In this document: positions 51,452 through 63,545 of the stretch, in pieces
How positions within the stretch are numbered: position 1 is the stretch's first letter
Layout: every line of letters begins with the position of its first letter
NCBI GenBank assembly: GCA_965178125.1
Contig: OZ237763.1
Location: 744,001 to 808,000, forward strand
Direction of reading: 5' to 3'
Length of the DNA stretch: 64,000 nt
Source: Bilabrum cf. latius
Taxonomy: Eukaryota
The notes under the pieces: model-generated
Databases searched by the model: none
Told to the model about the DNA's origin: nothing
The model's input: the letters and a program-made list of their open reading frames with translations, nothing else
Position numbers and translations under genes: made by a program

Positions 51452-52759
51452 ATGTCGCAATGCAGGTCAATCTCAGACGAAGTCGTCGATCTCGGGAGCG
51501 ACGGAGACTCATGCGGGAGCAAAGGGAGCGAAAGTGAGGTGGATGCTTTAGTTGATCTTGGTATGTCTGCTGCAGCAGTTGCATTAGACTCGAGCGACAT
51601 GTCGGGCAGGTGTGCCGCAGGTGGGAAGGAGAAGGCCCGGTCTCGGCTCAAGGCTGAATCGAACGAAGCACTGCGATTTGGTGCTGCGGCCTGCTTTTCG
51701 GAAGCAGCTTGCAGCTTAATGTCGCGGACGGAGGCGCCATCATTGATGCAAGCAGGCCAAAAAGCAGGCGCAAGAGATGCTGGCAGCACCTTGGCGGGCC
51801 AGAAACGAAGCCGACCTGAGGAATGTGGGAGCGTCAGACAGCCATGCGGTAGGAGAGGGAGGACGAAGAAGAAGCGGCGGAAGGAGTCATGCAATGGTAT
51901 GCCAGTGGCCAAGTAGGAGCGCGAGAGCGGCACTGTGCCAGGATCGGTGTCAAACTTGAGGCGGTCCTTCACGATGCACAACTTGAAGCTCAAGTGCGTT
52001 GAGTGTGGGAAGGCATTCGGGCTGGCCAGCAGTCTCACGAGGCACATGTCGACTGTGCATCTGGGCGAGCGCAAGCACGAGTGTGTCGTGTGCGGGAAGG
52101 CATTCGGGGAGGCTAGCCATCTCACGAGGCACATGTTGACTGTGCATCTGGGCGAGCGCAAGCACGAGTGCGTTAAGTGTGGGAAGGCATTCGGGCTGGC
52201 CAGCAGTCTCACGAGGCACATGTCGACTGTGCATCTGGGCGAGCGCAAGCACGAGTGCGTTGAGTGTGGGAAGGCATTCGGGGAGGCTAGCCATCTCAAG
52301 ACGCACATGTCGACTGTGCATCTGGGCGAGCGCAAGCACGAGTGCGTCAAGTGTGGGAAGGCATTCGTGCTGGCCGGCAGTCTCACGAGGCACATGTCGA
52401 CTGTGCATCTGGGCGAGCGCAAGCACGAGTGCGTTGTGTGCGGGAAGGCATTCGGGGAGGCTAGCCATCTCACGAGGCACATGTTGACTGTGCATCTGGG
52501 CGAGCGCAAGCACGAGTGCGTTGTGTGCGGGAAGGCGTTCGGGCGGGCTAGCAGTCTCACGAGGCACATGTCGACTGTGCATCTGGGCGAGCGCAAGCAC
52601 GAGTGCGTTGAGTGTGGGAAGGCATTCGGGCTGGCCAGCAGTCTCACGAGGCACATGTCGACTGTGCATCTGGGCGAGCGCAAGCACGAGTGTGTCGTGT
52701 GCGGGAAGGCATTCGGGCAGGCTAGCCATCTCAACAGGCACACGTCGAGTTGCAACTAA
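51452..52759 (+). CDS. C2H2 zinc-finger protein with 9 tandem fingers and a basic NLS-like segment
   Basis: ORFs 51287-51916 and 51935-52759 share a frame across TAG 51914. Fingers are CxxCGKAFxxASxLxRHxxxxH with linker LGERKHE. Ends in TAA. The start is uncertain: the frame is open from ~51185 and the first ATG is at 51452. Confidence 0.85.
51992..52756 (+). repeat. Minisatellite-like array of 9 x 87-bp zinc-finger units
   Basis: Near-identical DNA units sharing ACTGTGCATCTGGGCGAGCGCAAGCACGAGTG. Confidence 0.92.
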
Positions 52760-52934
52760 TCGGATACTGTTGGTTCGGAATGAGTCAGGCAGGCAGCTTA
52801 GCGAGCAAGGGAGTCACGCTTCAAAATGTGTGAATGACTTGTTCTATCGATATCCCAATTTGGATTCCCAAACAGATCCCAAACGCGCGCATGCTCACGA
52901 ACCGAGTCACGACCCCTCCTCCCCCGCTGCTTGC

Positions 52935-54498
52935 TCACGAGCCCTCCTCCCCCGCTGCTCCCCCGGTGGCAGCCCCAGAGCTAGGCACTGTTCCTCCCCC
53001 CCCCTCCTGCTCCTCCTTCTTGGCAGCCTCGATCGCGAACACGAGCGCCCTGTCCACCTCCTTGGGCAAGGGGGGGAGGGCCTGCTTGGGCACAAGGAAG
53101 GTGGACAGGTCGAACAGGTCGGTGAACACCTTGTGCCGCGCCGCTGCAGACCGCAGGTAGTGGTACCCGCTGCTGCCCCCCGTGCCCATCTTGGCTCCAA
53201 GCATGCGGTGCACCATGATCGCGTGCCTCTGCCGCCACAGGGCAGACAGCTCGTCGATGTCCACTAGCAGCTGCAACAGCCGCTTCGGCTGCTACAGCAC
53301 GGGGGCATCGTGGTGCAGCATGATCAGCAGCGCCGACTTGAAGGCCTTGTAGGAGAGCCTCCTCTCGCCCGTCTCTCGCAGGGCCTCGTAGGCGGCGGGG
53401 TCGAAGAGCTGCCTGAAGTGCGCCTGCTGCTTGGCGAGGTCGGCGAGCAGCTCCTCCCGCGTCTTGTCGTCGATCGCATCGTCGCTCTTGATGTGCCGCT
53501 CGTCCTCGCTGAACATGTGCTCCAGTCCCTCGCTGTAGTACTTCCAGAAATCGAAGCGCTGCCCCGCGCTGGCCGCGATCGACTCGGCAGCCGCTCCGCC
53601 CCCGACGGCAATGGAGGCCTCCAGCTTGGCAGCAGCGTCACTCGCAGCCGTGCCACCGTCCGAAGGTTCGCCACTATCCTCTGCGGCTACCCGCTTGGGG
53701 GATGCGCACATCTCGTACTCGATCTGGTCACCGTCGCCGACTGGCTTCTTGCGCGGCTCGAACGCCTTCACTACAGGGGCACGCTACAGCCAGCCATCCA
53801 AGAGCTGCAGCAAAGATGGCTTGTCTTCTGATGCTGCGACCTTTTTGGCGTCTTCTTCTTTCAAGAACGTCTTGTAATCACGGCGGCCGTACTTCAGCCG
53901 GATGCTCTTCGGAAGCCCCAGGCGATTCTCCAGGATACGCCACTGGACCGACTAGAACCCACTTGCTGGAAAGAGAACGTCCCGAAATGTCAAGAATCCC
54001 ATCGGAGACATGGTCTCCAAGATGCTCAGCTGCTGCACGAGCACCCTCTGGATCTCGGTTACCCGGTGCAGTCTCTCGCAGATGGTCCCAATGTCCTTTT
54101 CAGGAACATGAGGCTGGCCCAGCATTTCACAAACGCTGTCAATTTCATGCAGGATCTGCTTAAACCACAACTCGTAAGTCTGCGTGGCCATAAAGGGGGT
54201 CGAAACGGCGACTATTCGAAGGATCGCTTGCACATCAAAATTCCAAAAACGAGGACAACACCGCACTATTTCTTACCTAATGAATAATGATAAACAACGT
54301 TTCATCATGAGCCTCGTTGCCAATCTGCTTGGTCACGGGGTGCTGGGCGCTCAGCACCTTGTCAAGTCCAAGGTACTCGCCGTAGTACAATGGCGACTCC
54401 AGCCGTCTCTTGTGCACCGTACTACGCCAAGCATCAGCGTCAGATGGAGCATCTGCATGATCAGCCGATGCGGTCCTTGGTGGGGTGCTCGGATCCAT
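52935..54498 (-). CDS. TDO2: Tryptophan 2,3-dioxygenase, two exons (54498-54277, 54179-52935), 488 aa
   Basis: [120 protein letters not shown]. 4 in-frame TAGs; ends in TGA. Confidence 0.95.
54180..54276 (-). other. Spliceosomal intron (97 nt, phase 0) in TDO
   Basis: CAT TAG|GTAAGA...CACGCAG|ACT TAC. Removal restores the conserved H-Q-x-Y-E-L-W-F-K-Q motif. Confidence 0.9.
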
Positions 54499-54643
54499 CT
54501 TAACGAAATGAAGCACCCCACAACCTCAGACGAAGTCAAGTTGACCGAAGGTGCGGCCCACTCGTCAGGGCAGAGATTCGGCACCACTGGCAGGCACGCA
54601 GAGATTGCAAACCCAGAAAATTAGTCAGCGCTGTAGAGCCTAG

Positions 54644-57600
54644 TCACCACAGGGGCTGCATCAGACGCACCGCAGCCGGATCTGCCAAGCTCAGCGCCGC
54701 CAGCCCCTCCCTGGCCACTGCGTCGAGCTTCCGTCGCAGCAGCTCCCGCCCAGCCGCGGTTTCCCAGGCACTCAACAGTGCCGCAGCATCGTCCTGACTA
54801 GGACCACTCGATCCTACCGTGCAGACTGCCCAAGGATCCGTGCAGGGCCCGCACCCATCCCCCATCTCGCCCTCACCCTCACCCTCACCCTGGCCCCCAG
54901 CCCCCCTGCCCCCGAAGCTTAGCAGACCCATGGCGGCCCTGCCCACCAGCAGAGGGACTCTAGGCACCGCAATGCGGTGCATCTTGGCCCGGGCAGCCCA
55001 GAGAGCCTACTGCACCACACCTGCAGCAGTACCTGCTGGCTGTCCCTGTCCCTGTCGCTGCTGTAACGCTCCATCCACCGGCAGTGCCAGCGCCCGCTCG
55101 ACGAGTGCGAGCCCCTCCCCCGCGGCATGTGTGCCTTGCGACGCATCATCCTCCTTCTTGCCCTTGCCCTTGCCCTTGCCCTTGCCCTTGCCCTTAGCTT
55201 TGTCTTTGCCTTTCGATTTGCCCTTGCTGTTGGCCTTGCTATCCCCCCCATCGGCCTCCTCCTCCCCATGCTTCTTGCCGCCATCGCCTCCTGCACCGAG
55301 TCCATCGTCCCAGCGAGACAGAGACACCGCCTCCTCCGCCTCGGCTTGCGCGATCCAATCGAGCCCCAGGGCGTCCTAGCCCACCCACGAATCACCCCCT
55401 GAGCCAGCCCCATCCTCCTCCTGATCCCCGCCCCCGGTAACCCCTGCGTGCCCCGCCCCGCCACTGACGGGATCACCCGCTTGCCTAGTGGCCCAGGCAC
55501 CGGCGCTCTGCAGCCAGGCGGTGCGCGCACCGGTGGCCTTCGCGAGCTGCTGGCTCCTCCTGCACGCCCGGGGTGTGGCACACGGCAGCAGCAGGGGATC
55601 GACCCCGAAGGCCATGGCCGCGTCAGCCAGAGAGGGGAACACGCAGGGGGCACCTCGCTTAGCCGGCCCACGCGCCCTCCTGGACGCCAGCCACGCCTCC
55701 TCCCTTTCGGGACCCCTGCCCAGCCCGCGGACCGCGCCTCGCCGCAGCACGCCATCAAAGGCTGCCAAGCCATCGGGATCAGCCGCGCCAATCCCCTCGG
55801 CGACTCCATCCGCCGCCTTCCCCTCCTCCTCCTCGCCCTCGTATGCCGGCTCTTCCTCGCTATCATACTCCACATCTGACTCCGAGTTATCCGTCAGTGC
55901 ATCGCCCTGCACTGCGGCCGCCTGCCGCACGGGGAGGGCAGGTCCGTCCCAATCCGCCAGCGAGCCCACCACGTCGGCAGGGGCCGGGTGCAGCCACAGG
56001 GGCAGGGCCAGGGGCAGACCAGCCGCAGGGGGCGGCTGCAGCCCTCGGCCGCCGAGCCCTTTGGCCTGCCCCCCGCTGCCGCCCGCATACGCCTGCCTCG
56101 CCGCTGCCTCTGCCCTCCTTCGGGCCCTCCCCAAGGCCTGCATGGCCGCCCTGCGTCTGTCCTCCTTCGCGACAGCGTCCTCTTTCTCACCGTCCTCCTC
56201 GCTGCCCTTCTCCTGGGCCTTCCCCTTGCCCTTGCCATTGCCCTTGCCAGCTGTCTTCTTCTTGCCGCACTTCCCCTTGTCCTCGACCTTGTCCTGCTAC
56301 TCCTCATCCCCAAGCGGAACCTCCCCCCGCGCGGCGCCCTCCTCCCTCATCCTCGCGGCCCTCGCCTCCTCCATCTCGGGGGGAAGCACGCTGCCCTCGT
56401 CCTCGGGGATGCCAGCGTGGGGATGCCAACCGAAGCGCATGGCGCGGCTTGCACCGCCGTGCGATGCACCATCACCATTCCCGGCGGCAGGCACGCACAC
56501 GGCGTACAGGAACAGCCCCCAGCCCAGCCCCTGCGAGGCCAGAGGTGCGCCGCCACCACCGGCACACGCGAATGCAGCGGCCGGCGCCCCGCCCGTCAGG
56601 TCTTCCGCGCCAGCAGCCCCCGTGCCCAGCACAGCCACCGAGGAACAGCCCAGAGTCGCCTCCAGCAGCTCCTGCCCACTCCACACGCGGCCCTGGGAGG
56701 ACCCAGAAGCCTCCAGCTCCACCAGCTCCTGCATCGTGGGATCCTTGCCCTTGCCCTTGCCTTTTCCGCGGCCCTTTGTGCTTCCAGCTGCCTTGCCCAG
56801 CGGCCCCGCGGTGGCTGGATCGCTGGCTCTCGCCCTGGCCAGCCTCTCCTCGGCGCCAGCCAGCAGATCCGGGGGCGCAGCGGGCAGGATCGGCTGCGCG
56901 AGTGCCAGCCGGGGCCGCATCAAGGCGAGCGGGGACACCTCCAGAGGTGCCTCCAGTGCACTCCCCATGCCAGACGCGGGCCCCGGGCCAAGGCGTACCC
57001 ATCCGGGTCCTTGCAGCGCCAGCCACGGCTGAGGTGGGGGTGTGGGGAGGATTCCAAGCGACTCCAGGGAGGGCCGGGCCGCCGTGGCAAGCAGGGCGGC
57101 CAGCAGCCCCGGCTGCAGGCGGGGGTCCACGGATGTTCCTATGGGAGCCGCAGCGAGAAGGTCCATCTCCGGCGCGCCAGTCCGCGCCCGGCCGGCCCCC
57201 AGCATGCGGCCGATGGGGGCAGGCGCCCCGGCCTGGCCAGGAGCACAGGCCCGCAGCAACACCTGCTCCTTTTCACGCCCCCATCCGGATCTGGGGCTAG
57301 ATCCCGAGCCCGAAGGCAGCGGGATTCGCTGCACGATCGTGCCCTGTACCCTCCCGTCGTCTCCCCCCGTGCGCACCGCCGCAGCCGCAGCCTCCCCCGC
57401 CGCCCCGCCCTCCCGCTCGGCCTCCTCCTCCCCGACCCCCCTGTCTCCTGCCTCCTGTCTGGCAGCCACGGAAGCAGCCGCGCCCGCCGCCAAGGCAGAC
57501 GTCTCCTCGGCGTCCTCCCCCTCGCGCCGCAGCGGAACATGCAGTCGCGCCGCGCCGCAGCCGCTCTCCACCCACCGCGCCACGGCGTCCCCCTCCCCGC

Positions 57601-60600
57601 CCATGGGTTCCAGCGCGGGCTCGAGGGGGGCCGACAGGCAGTGCCCCAGCAGCTCCGATTCCGGCTCCGGATCCTCCTGGAAGGGCCCCGGCTCGGCCAG
57701 CGCGCCAGCCCAGGCAGCGGCCTCCGGGACTTCTCCCGGGTGCATCCACAGCCCCAGGGGACAGTGGGGCGCGGGCACGGCTGCAGGGTGGGGCACGGGG
57801 ACGGCCGCCCCGCCTGCAGTCTGGCCACCAGCATTGGCAGTGGACGCAGATGTGGACGAGTCTGGGAGGCCCCTGGGTGCCCCCGGGCCCCCGAAGAGGG
57901 AAGCGAACGTGTGCTCCGGGCCCGACCCCGGCAGCACCAGGCCCTGAAGCAGCCCAAGATCGCTGGCCTCTGCTGCATGTTCTTGGCTCCTCTCCTCTGC
58001 CAGCAGCGGGCTGCTGCTCCACAGGGCCTCGGCGGCCTGCTCCTCCTCCTGCGAGGTGAGGGTCTTGCCTGCACCTGCACGTGCACCTGCACGCCCCCTG
58101 CGGCTTCTCCCAGCGCTCCTCCCCTTCCCCTTCCCTTTGTCCTTGCTCTTGCTGCTCGACTTGGAAGCGGAGGACGACAGCCGGGGGAGGGGGAAGAGAG
58201 GCATCACCGTGCAATGCGCGCGAGGGGCGGGGGGCACTGGCACGGCAGGCAGGCGCGGCCGCAGCCCGGCTTCACCGGCGGATGCTCCTTCCAGACCGAC
58301 GAGCTGCTGCTGCTTTCCCCCCTGCAGAGGCCCCCCCGAGGCACTGGAGCCCCCCCGCGCCGACGACTGCGCCGAGTCCAGCCGAGCAGACCGCAGTGCC
58401 GCCCTCGCGCTCTTGTCACCCTGCCCCCCCCGGGGGCTGTCGAAACCAACCCCTGCGCCTGCACCTGCCCCTGCCCCTGCACCCTAACCCGTGCCACCCT
58501 CCCGCCTGCCTCGCCTTCCGCTAGCTGGCTGCGATTGACCAGCCCCAGCCCTCGCGCCTGGCATGGGCGGAGGAGGAGTCGCAGCTCTGGGCCTCAGCCA
58601 CGACTCCTGCACCTCGGCGCGAGCAGCCGCGTCTGCTGCGTCTCGCGCCACCATGGCCTCCAGCGCCGCCCTTTGCTTGCCGCCCTAATCCTACCCACCC
58701 TCCCCATCCCCCCGAAGCCCCTCGCCCCCATCGGCGTCCAGCGCCTGCGCCTCCGCCGCCACCTGATCCAGCCGGTCCCTCAGGGCCCTCAGCCGGGCCG
58801 CAGCGCGCTTGCGCACCACCACCGCCCGCGCCACGGCCCTCAGTCTCGCCAGACGGGCCCTCCTCTCCGCCCACGCCCTGGACTCGGAGTCGTACATGTC
58901 AAACCGAGGGGCGCCGCGCGGCAGCACCGCGGATTGCGGAACCACCGCCACGTGGGGCGGGGCCTTCCTGCCCGCCCCAGCCTGCTGTGCCCCGACCCCC
59001 TGGCTCGCACCGCCCTCCGGCCCCCTCAGGGCAGCGAACCGCCTCCTCCTCCTGGCCCGCCCCACGGCCAGCGCCTCCGCCTCCCGCAGCACCCGCCGCA
59101 CCCTCTCCACCTCCAGCAGGTGCTCCTCCAGCGGCCTGGGCTCCCCGCGCCACTCACCACCGGCCTGAAACGCCCTCGCCCTTTCCCCCGCGCGCACTGC
59201 CTCCAGCGCCGACACCAGCACCAGCTCCCGCGTGTGCCGCCGGTCCCTCGACGCTGGAGGCAGTGCCAGCGCAGCCCCCCCGAAGATGGGCACGGGGCCC
59301 CCCAGCCCGGCCACGCCCTCCCCGCCCTGGCCCGCCCCACTCGTCACACCCTCCGCCCCATCGGGGGGCCCCAGTGCCTTGGTGGCCTCCAGCTCGTCCT
59401 CCTCCCGCTCCACCCGCTCCCTGTCCCTGCGAGCCAGCCCGCGGGTGCTGCGCCCGCTGAGCCCGAGCCCGCCTGCGGGAGGGGGCAGCCGGGCCTCGAA
59501 CGCCACCGCTGCCTCCTCCACCACCCGCACGGACCTGGGCAGCGGCTCGTGGTCGGGCGTGTTCCTCAGCGCCTCCAGGACGAAGTCGGCATCCACAGGC
59601 CTGCCCTCTGCGGCCCCGAGGGCCTGTCCCAGCCACGAGGCCGCCACTGTCTCTTGCAAGAGAGCAGCCGGTCCCACCCCGGGGCCCACGCTCCGCACGG
59701 CACGGTGGCCACCCCCCTCGCCCTCGCCCTCCCCGTCCTCCTCCTCGCTGTTGGCCCCGCCCGCTTGCGCCCCCGCCAGCTTCCTCTGCGCCTCTCTCTC
59801 CTGCCGCCTCAGCGCGCGCTAGGTCGCCACTCGAAGAGGCACCTCCGACGCCTTGCCCCTGCCCGGCCGGTCTGACAGCAGGCCGGTCATGGCGGCGTAC
59901 GACTTGGTGTCGGCCGGCACGCGCACCCCGTCCACCACGGTGAATCTCACCGCCCGCTCCGCCTCCGCCCGCGCCGCCCTCTCCCCGCCCAAGTCCTCCG
60001 GCCTCACCACCAGCGCCCCCGATCGCACCAGCTCACGGTCAGCCCGCCTGGCCGCCCGGGCCCTCTCTGCCCTCATCGTGGTGGCCCTGCGAGCACCTGC
60101 CGCCTCCAGGGCGTGCCCACCCGGGTCATCGGCCGCCCCTGCGCCCACCCTCCGCCGAGAGGCAGCCAGCTGCACCTCTGTGCCCACGTCCATGGGCCTG
60201 AAGGCCAGCTGCGGCTGGGTGAGGGAGGTTGCTGTTCCCTGGCCTCTCCCGTGGGACGGGGGCAGGGGCGCACCCACGGGAATGCCCGAGCCTGTGAGGT
60301 CGCACGTGTACGGCACGAAGCCGAACTGGTCGCACTGCACCTGCAACTGCGAGGTGCACGTGACGGCGTCCGAGGGGCGAAACGTCACTTGTACCCGCAC
60401 CTCGCCGCGGGCAGGCACCGTGCCCTCTGCGGGGAACACGCGGAAGGCCGGGTGGGGCATCACGGTCTCCAGCTTGAACCCGAATGAGGCATCCGAATCC
60501 GACCGGAGCACCATCCGCCGGGAGGACTCGATGCCCAGCTCGCAGGGCCCGAAGTCCACCCGCCTCGGTACTCCCAGCCTGCCCAGCGACGGGTGTGCGT

Positions 60601-61372
60601 GCAGCTGCACCGCCAACCAAGGCGTGGGTCCGTCATCACTCGTCACACCGCTGCCCGCCCTACCCCTGGAGGTTCCGGGCATCAGCCTAACCCGGAACTC
60701 GTCCGTGTGGTAGGCCCCTGTTCCATGCTCCTCTTCCGCAGCGCTGCCAGAGGGGGGCGCCCTGTACACCACGATCGCTTCCTGGGTCATGCCGGGGGCG
60801 ATCAGCCCCGCTGCAGTGTACTGCACCTCGAACAGCCCGTCCTCCCCGTTGGGCGGCCTCAACTGCACCCGCGCCGGACCGCTGCTGGCGTTCAGCACCC
60901 GCACCCTCTGCTCCGCAACGGAGCCTGCAGGCACGCCAGCAAAATGAACAGACTATGGGATTACTCTGAGCGCGCCTTTGGACGCGTGTGGCTGATCCCC
61001 ATGGCGCGGTGCACCGTCTTCGAGCAAGCCGTCGTCTACCGGGCTGTCTTTGCTCTCCTCGCCGTCACCACCCGCGTATGTTGCGCTAAACAGGGCCTTT
61101 CCGGACGGTGGTAGTGGAACAGACGCGTCTGCGTCGAGGGCTGATCGTACTGCCCTTGAGCGGCGCACGAACGGGATCGCCTTGCTGCCGGCCGGTGCCC
61201 TCATCCTGCGCTGTTGCAGAGCTGTAGATACCACGGAGCTGGATGGCTCCAATCCGTCGACACCTAGTAGCATTTTAGAAGACTCCTTCCCCTGTGCGTT
61301 GTCATCGATGCCGCTCAGACCGACAGAATCATCGGAGAGATCGTGCTCGACCGAAGCGTGGTCCAGTGACAT
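54644..61372 (-). CDS. CFAP221: Cilia- and flagella-associated protein 221 (PCDP1)-like, 2242 aa
   Basis: Seven ORF fragments share one frame, joined across 8 TAGs. Two N-terminal ASH/Ig-like domains (VIP*SVHFAG..VRVLNAS..IAPGM..LHAHP; PHPAFRVFPAEGTVPARG..VTFRP..DQFGFVPYTC), PRFDMY...W..R...L.R....R..VVRKRAAARL (IQ-like helix) and DALTDNSESD match my recollection of PCDP1. Ends in TGA. Confidence 0.75.
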
Positions 61373-61640
61373 CCCCCTCGGGTTAAAATGAGTTCGTCAA
61401 GCAGCCCCGGTATAGTTGCGTCTATGAATAGCTTAATGTAGGTCACCGTGAGACGTAAAGTCTCAGCCGAGCTTCAATATCGTGCAAATCAAGTCCTAAC
61501 GAATAGATCAGTATTGCGGAACCTCTGTTTGCGCGGCGACAATGCATGGTCCGGACTCCGGAGCATTAATTCCGCCCCCATATTTTTCCGGAGATGCAAC
61601 TATTCCCTGCAGCCTATTGAATCGAGGGCTTTAAGACGCT

Positions 61641-63545
61641 ATGGTGCATCTGGCGCACCTGGTTATTGTTCAAGATGGATTCTTTGGGTCCACCGGGTCA
61701 ATGGAGCGACTGTCTGGTCTCTTGAAAAAGGTCCTTGGAAATGATGTCATTGTAATGAGATCGTGCTCGTCCCATCCCTGGGGAGCCTATCCATCTGTGG
61801 CAGGCACTTTAGACGGAATCCCTGCTGCCGGCTGCAGACTTGCCGATGAAATTGAGCGAAGCTTGCACGGAGCGCTGCGGTCGGTGGTCGGCGGTGACTT
61901 TCAGAAGAGCGGAGGTGCCGTCCACCAAGCGTGCAAGATAGCGTTGAGCCTGGTAGGTATGTCACTGGGGGGTCTGACATGTAGGTATGCAATGGGCGAG
62001 CTGGTTCGCCGCAGCGATGCAATAGGTGCCAGCATGAGCAGCTCAAGCCAGGGCAGCGGGCAAGCCGAGAAGACAACGTTGAACTCGATATGGGTAGGGT
62101 ACCGCCGCGGATTCGGAGTAGTGCGTGAAACGAGTCAGCGAAAATCACCTGGCGACGCCCTGCTCCAGGAGCCAGCGCCAGTCCTCGTCCAGCTGCGCAA
62201 CTTCGTCTCCCTGGCGAGTCCCCACCTTGGGGTCCACGGGGCCGTGCCGGGGTGCCTGGGACGATTAGCGCACGCGGGCTACGGGGGACCCACCGTGCAG
62301 CAGCTGCTAGTTGTGGACGACGCCGGAGAGAAGGAGAGGCAGCTGCAGGGGGAGTACACAGCTGCGAGGCCCAATGTGCTAGGCAAGGACAAGGACAAGG
62401 GCAAGGGGAAGGGAAAGAGAATGAGCGAAGCATAGGGTGAACTGAGTAGGCTGCGATCTAGCGGTCGATTACTGGCGCAGATGGCGGTGCCAGGGGGCGT
62501 GTTTGGCCGTGGATGGGGCTCCTTCAGGCGGCGGGTGCTGGTGGGGCACGAGGTGTGCGACTCGAGAGTGCCGCTGTGGTCCTCGACTGTCGCTGGGAGG
62601 CCGCTGCAGCGGGGTATTGGTGGCAATCGCCATGGTAATGCGGTGGAGGGCGATGAGCCCAGCGAGGTGCATGGAATTACCTCTGCTGCTGGTGGCAGCG
62701 GGGCTGTTGCGCCATCGTGGCAGCTGCAGCTGGTCAGAGCCCATGCGCTAGGAGTGCAAGCCGCTTTTTCAGCGCCGAGTGGGGGGCCGAGCAGCAGCCA
62801 GTCCAGTGAGGCTCGCAGGGTTGGAACGAGGAAGCACAGGAACTCTGGCAGCAGCACCACTGCAGTCGAGCCGGCGGAGCTCCCGCCACGGTCTACATCC
62901 CCAGGCCGTGCGGAATCCGCTGCGCTGCATGGGCCGATTGCAGCGGGGGAGCATGTCACAGGCACGTTCTGGGTCAGGCACGGGTCAGGTGCAGAGGCAG
63001 GCAGAGACGCCAAGGATACGGGGTCTGCTGCAGAGGGAGCACCCGACACGGAGTGGGGCATGGGTCAGGTAGCTGAGGCCCTGCTGTCTGGTTTGAAGCA
63101 CACTTTTGGGTACATCGCGAGCATTCGAGCGGACAGAGGCGCCGGCACGGGCGGACACAGTGGTGGTCGCAGCGGCAGCCCATCCGCCGGCGCCGCCCTG
63201 TCGCACGATCTCAAGGAGGCAGAGCGACTCGCACCTCCACCGGACAGGGCAGACGATGAGGGCCAGTCCATGGCCCTCGAGACGGCGGCTGCCTCTGGCC
63301 TGTGGGCCGCAGCCTAGGCTCACAGCGGGCCGCAGGGAGACACTGCCGTGGTGCTGCTGCGGGCCGATGGGGAGCCGTGCCTGGCGGGGACTCACGCGAG
63401 GACAGCCATGAAGTGCGAGCTGCTGGTTGGATTGGAGGCAGCCCGGCCGTGGCTGCCGCTCGAGTGCTGCCGCCGGGCAGTGAGATGCGATGGAGGGCTG
63501 CACATGCAGGACCTGCAAGGAGTAGCTGCACTGATGTTGCGATGA
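61641..63545 (+). CDS. DUF676-family putative lipase/serine esterase, 634 aa
   Basis: HLVIVQDGFFGS, TLDGI...G.RLADEI, LSLVGMSLGGLTCRYA (nucleophile elbow), NFVSLASPHLG, then after TAG 62433 FRRRVLVG...DSRVP. Second TAG at 63315; ends at TGA 63543. Confidence 0.8.

Noticed and set aside
52935-54498. RNA editing, pyrrolysine or leaky readthrough as the explanation for TAG
   Set aside because: A-to-I editing would give Trp, but the aligned residues are Gln. Pyrrolysine and readthrough do not fit dozens of TAGs per gene or tandem TAG-TAG. U-to-C editing cannot be formally excluded without RNA data, but it would be expected to affect TAA/TGA too.
55988-59875. 1295-aa plus-strand ORF and other long ORFs such as 29367-31601(-), 1939-3573(-), 47839-49305(-) and 51409-52755(-)
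   Set aside because: These are antisense or off-frame shadows of real GC-rich genes. They are Pro/Arg/Leu-rich or mirror repeats, with no domain motifs.
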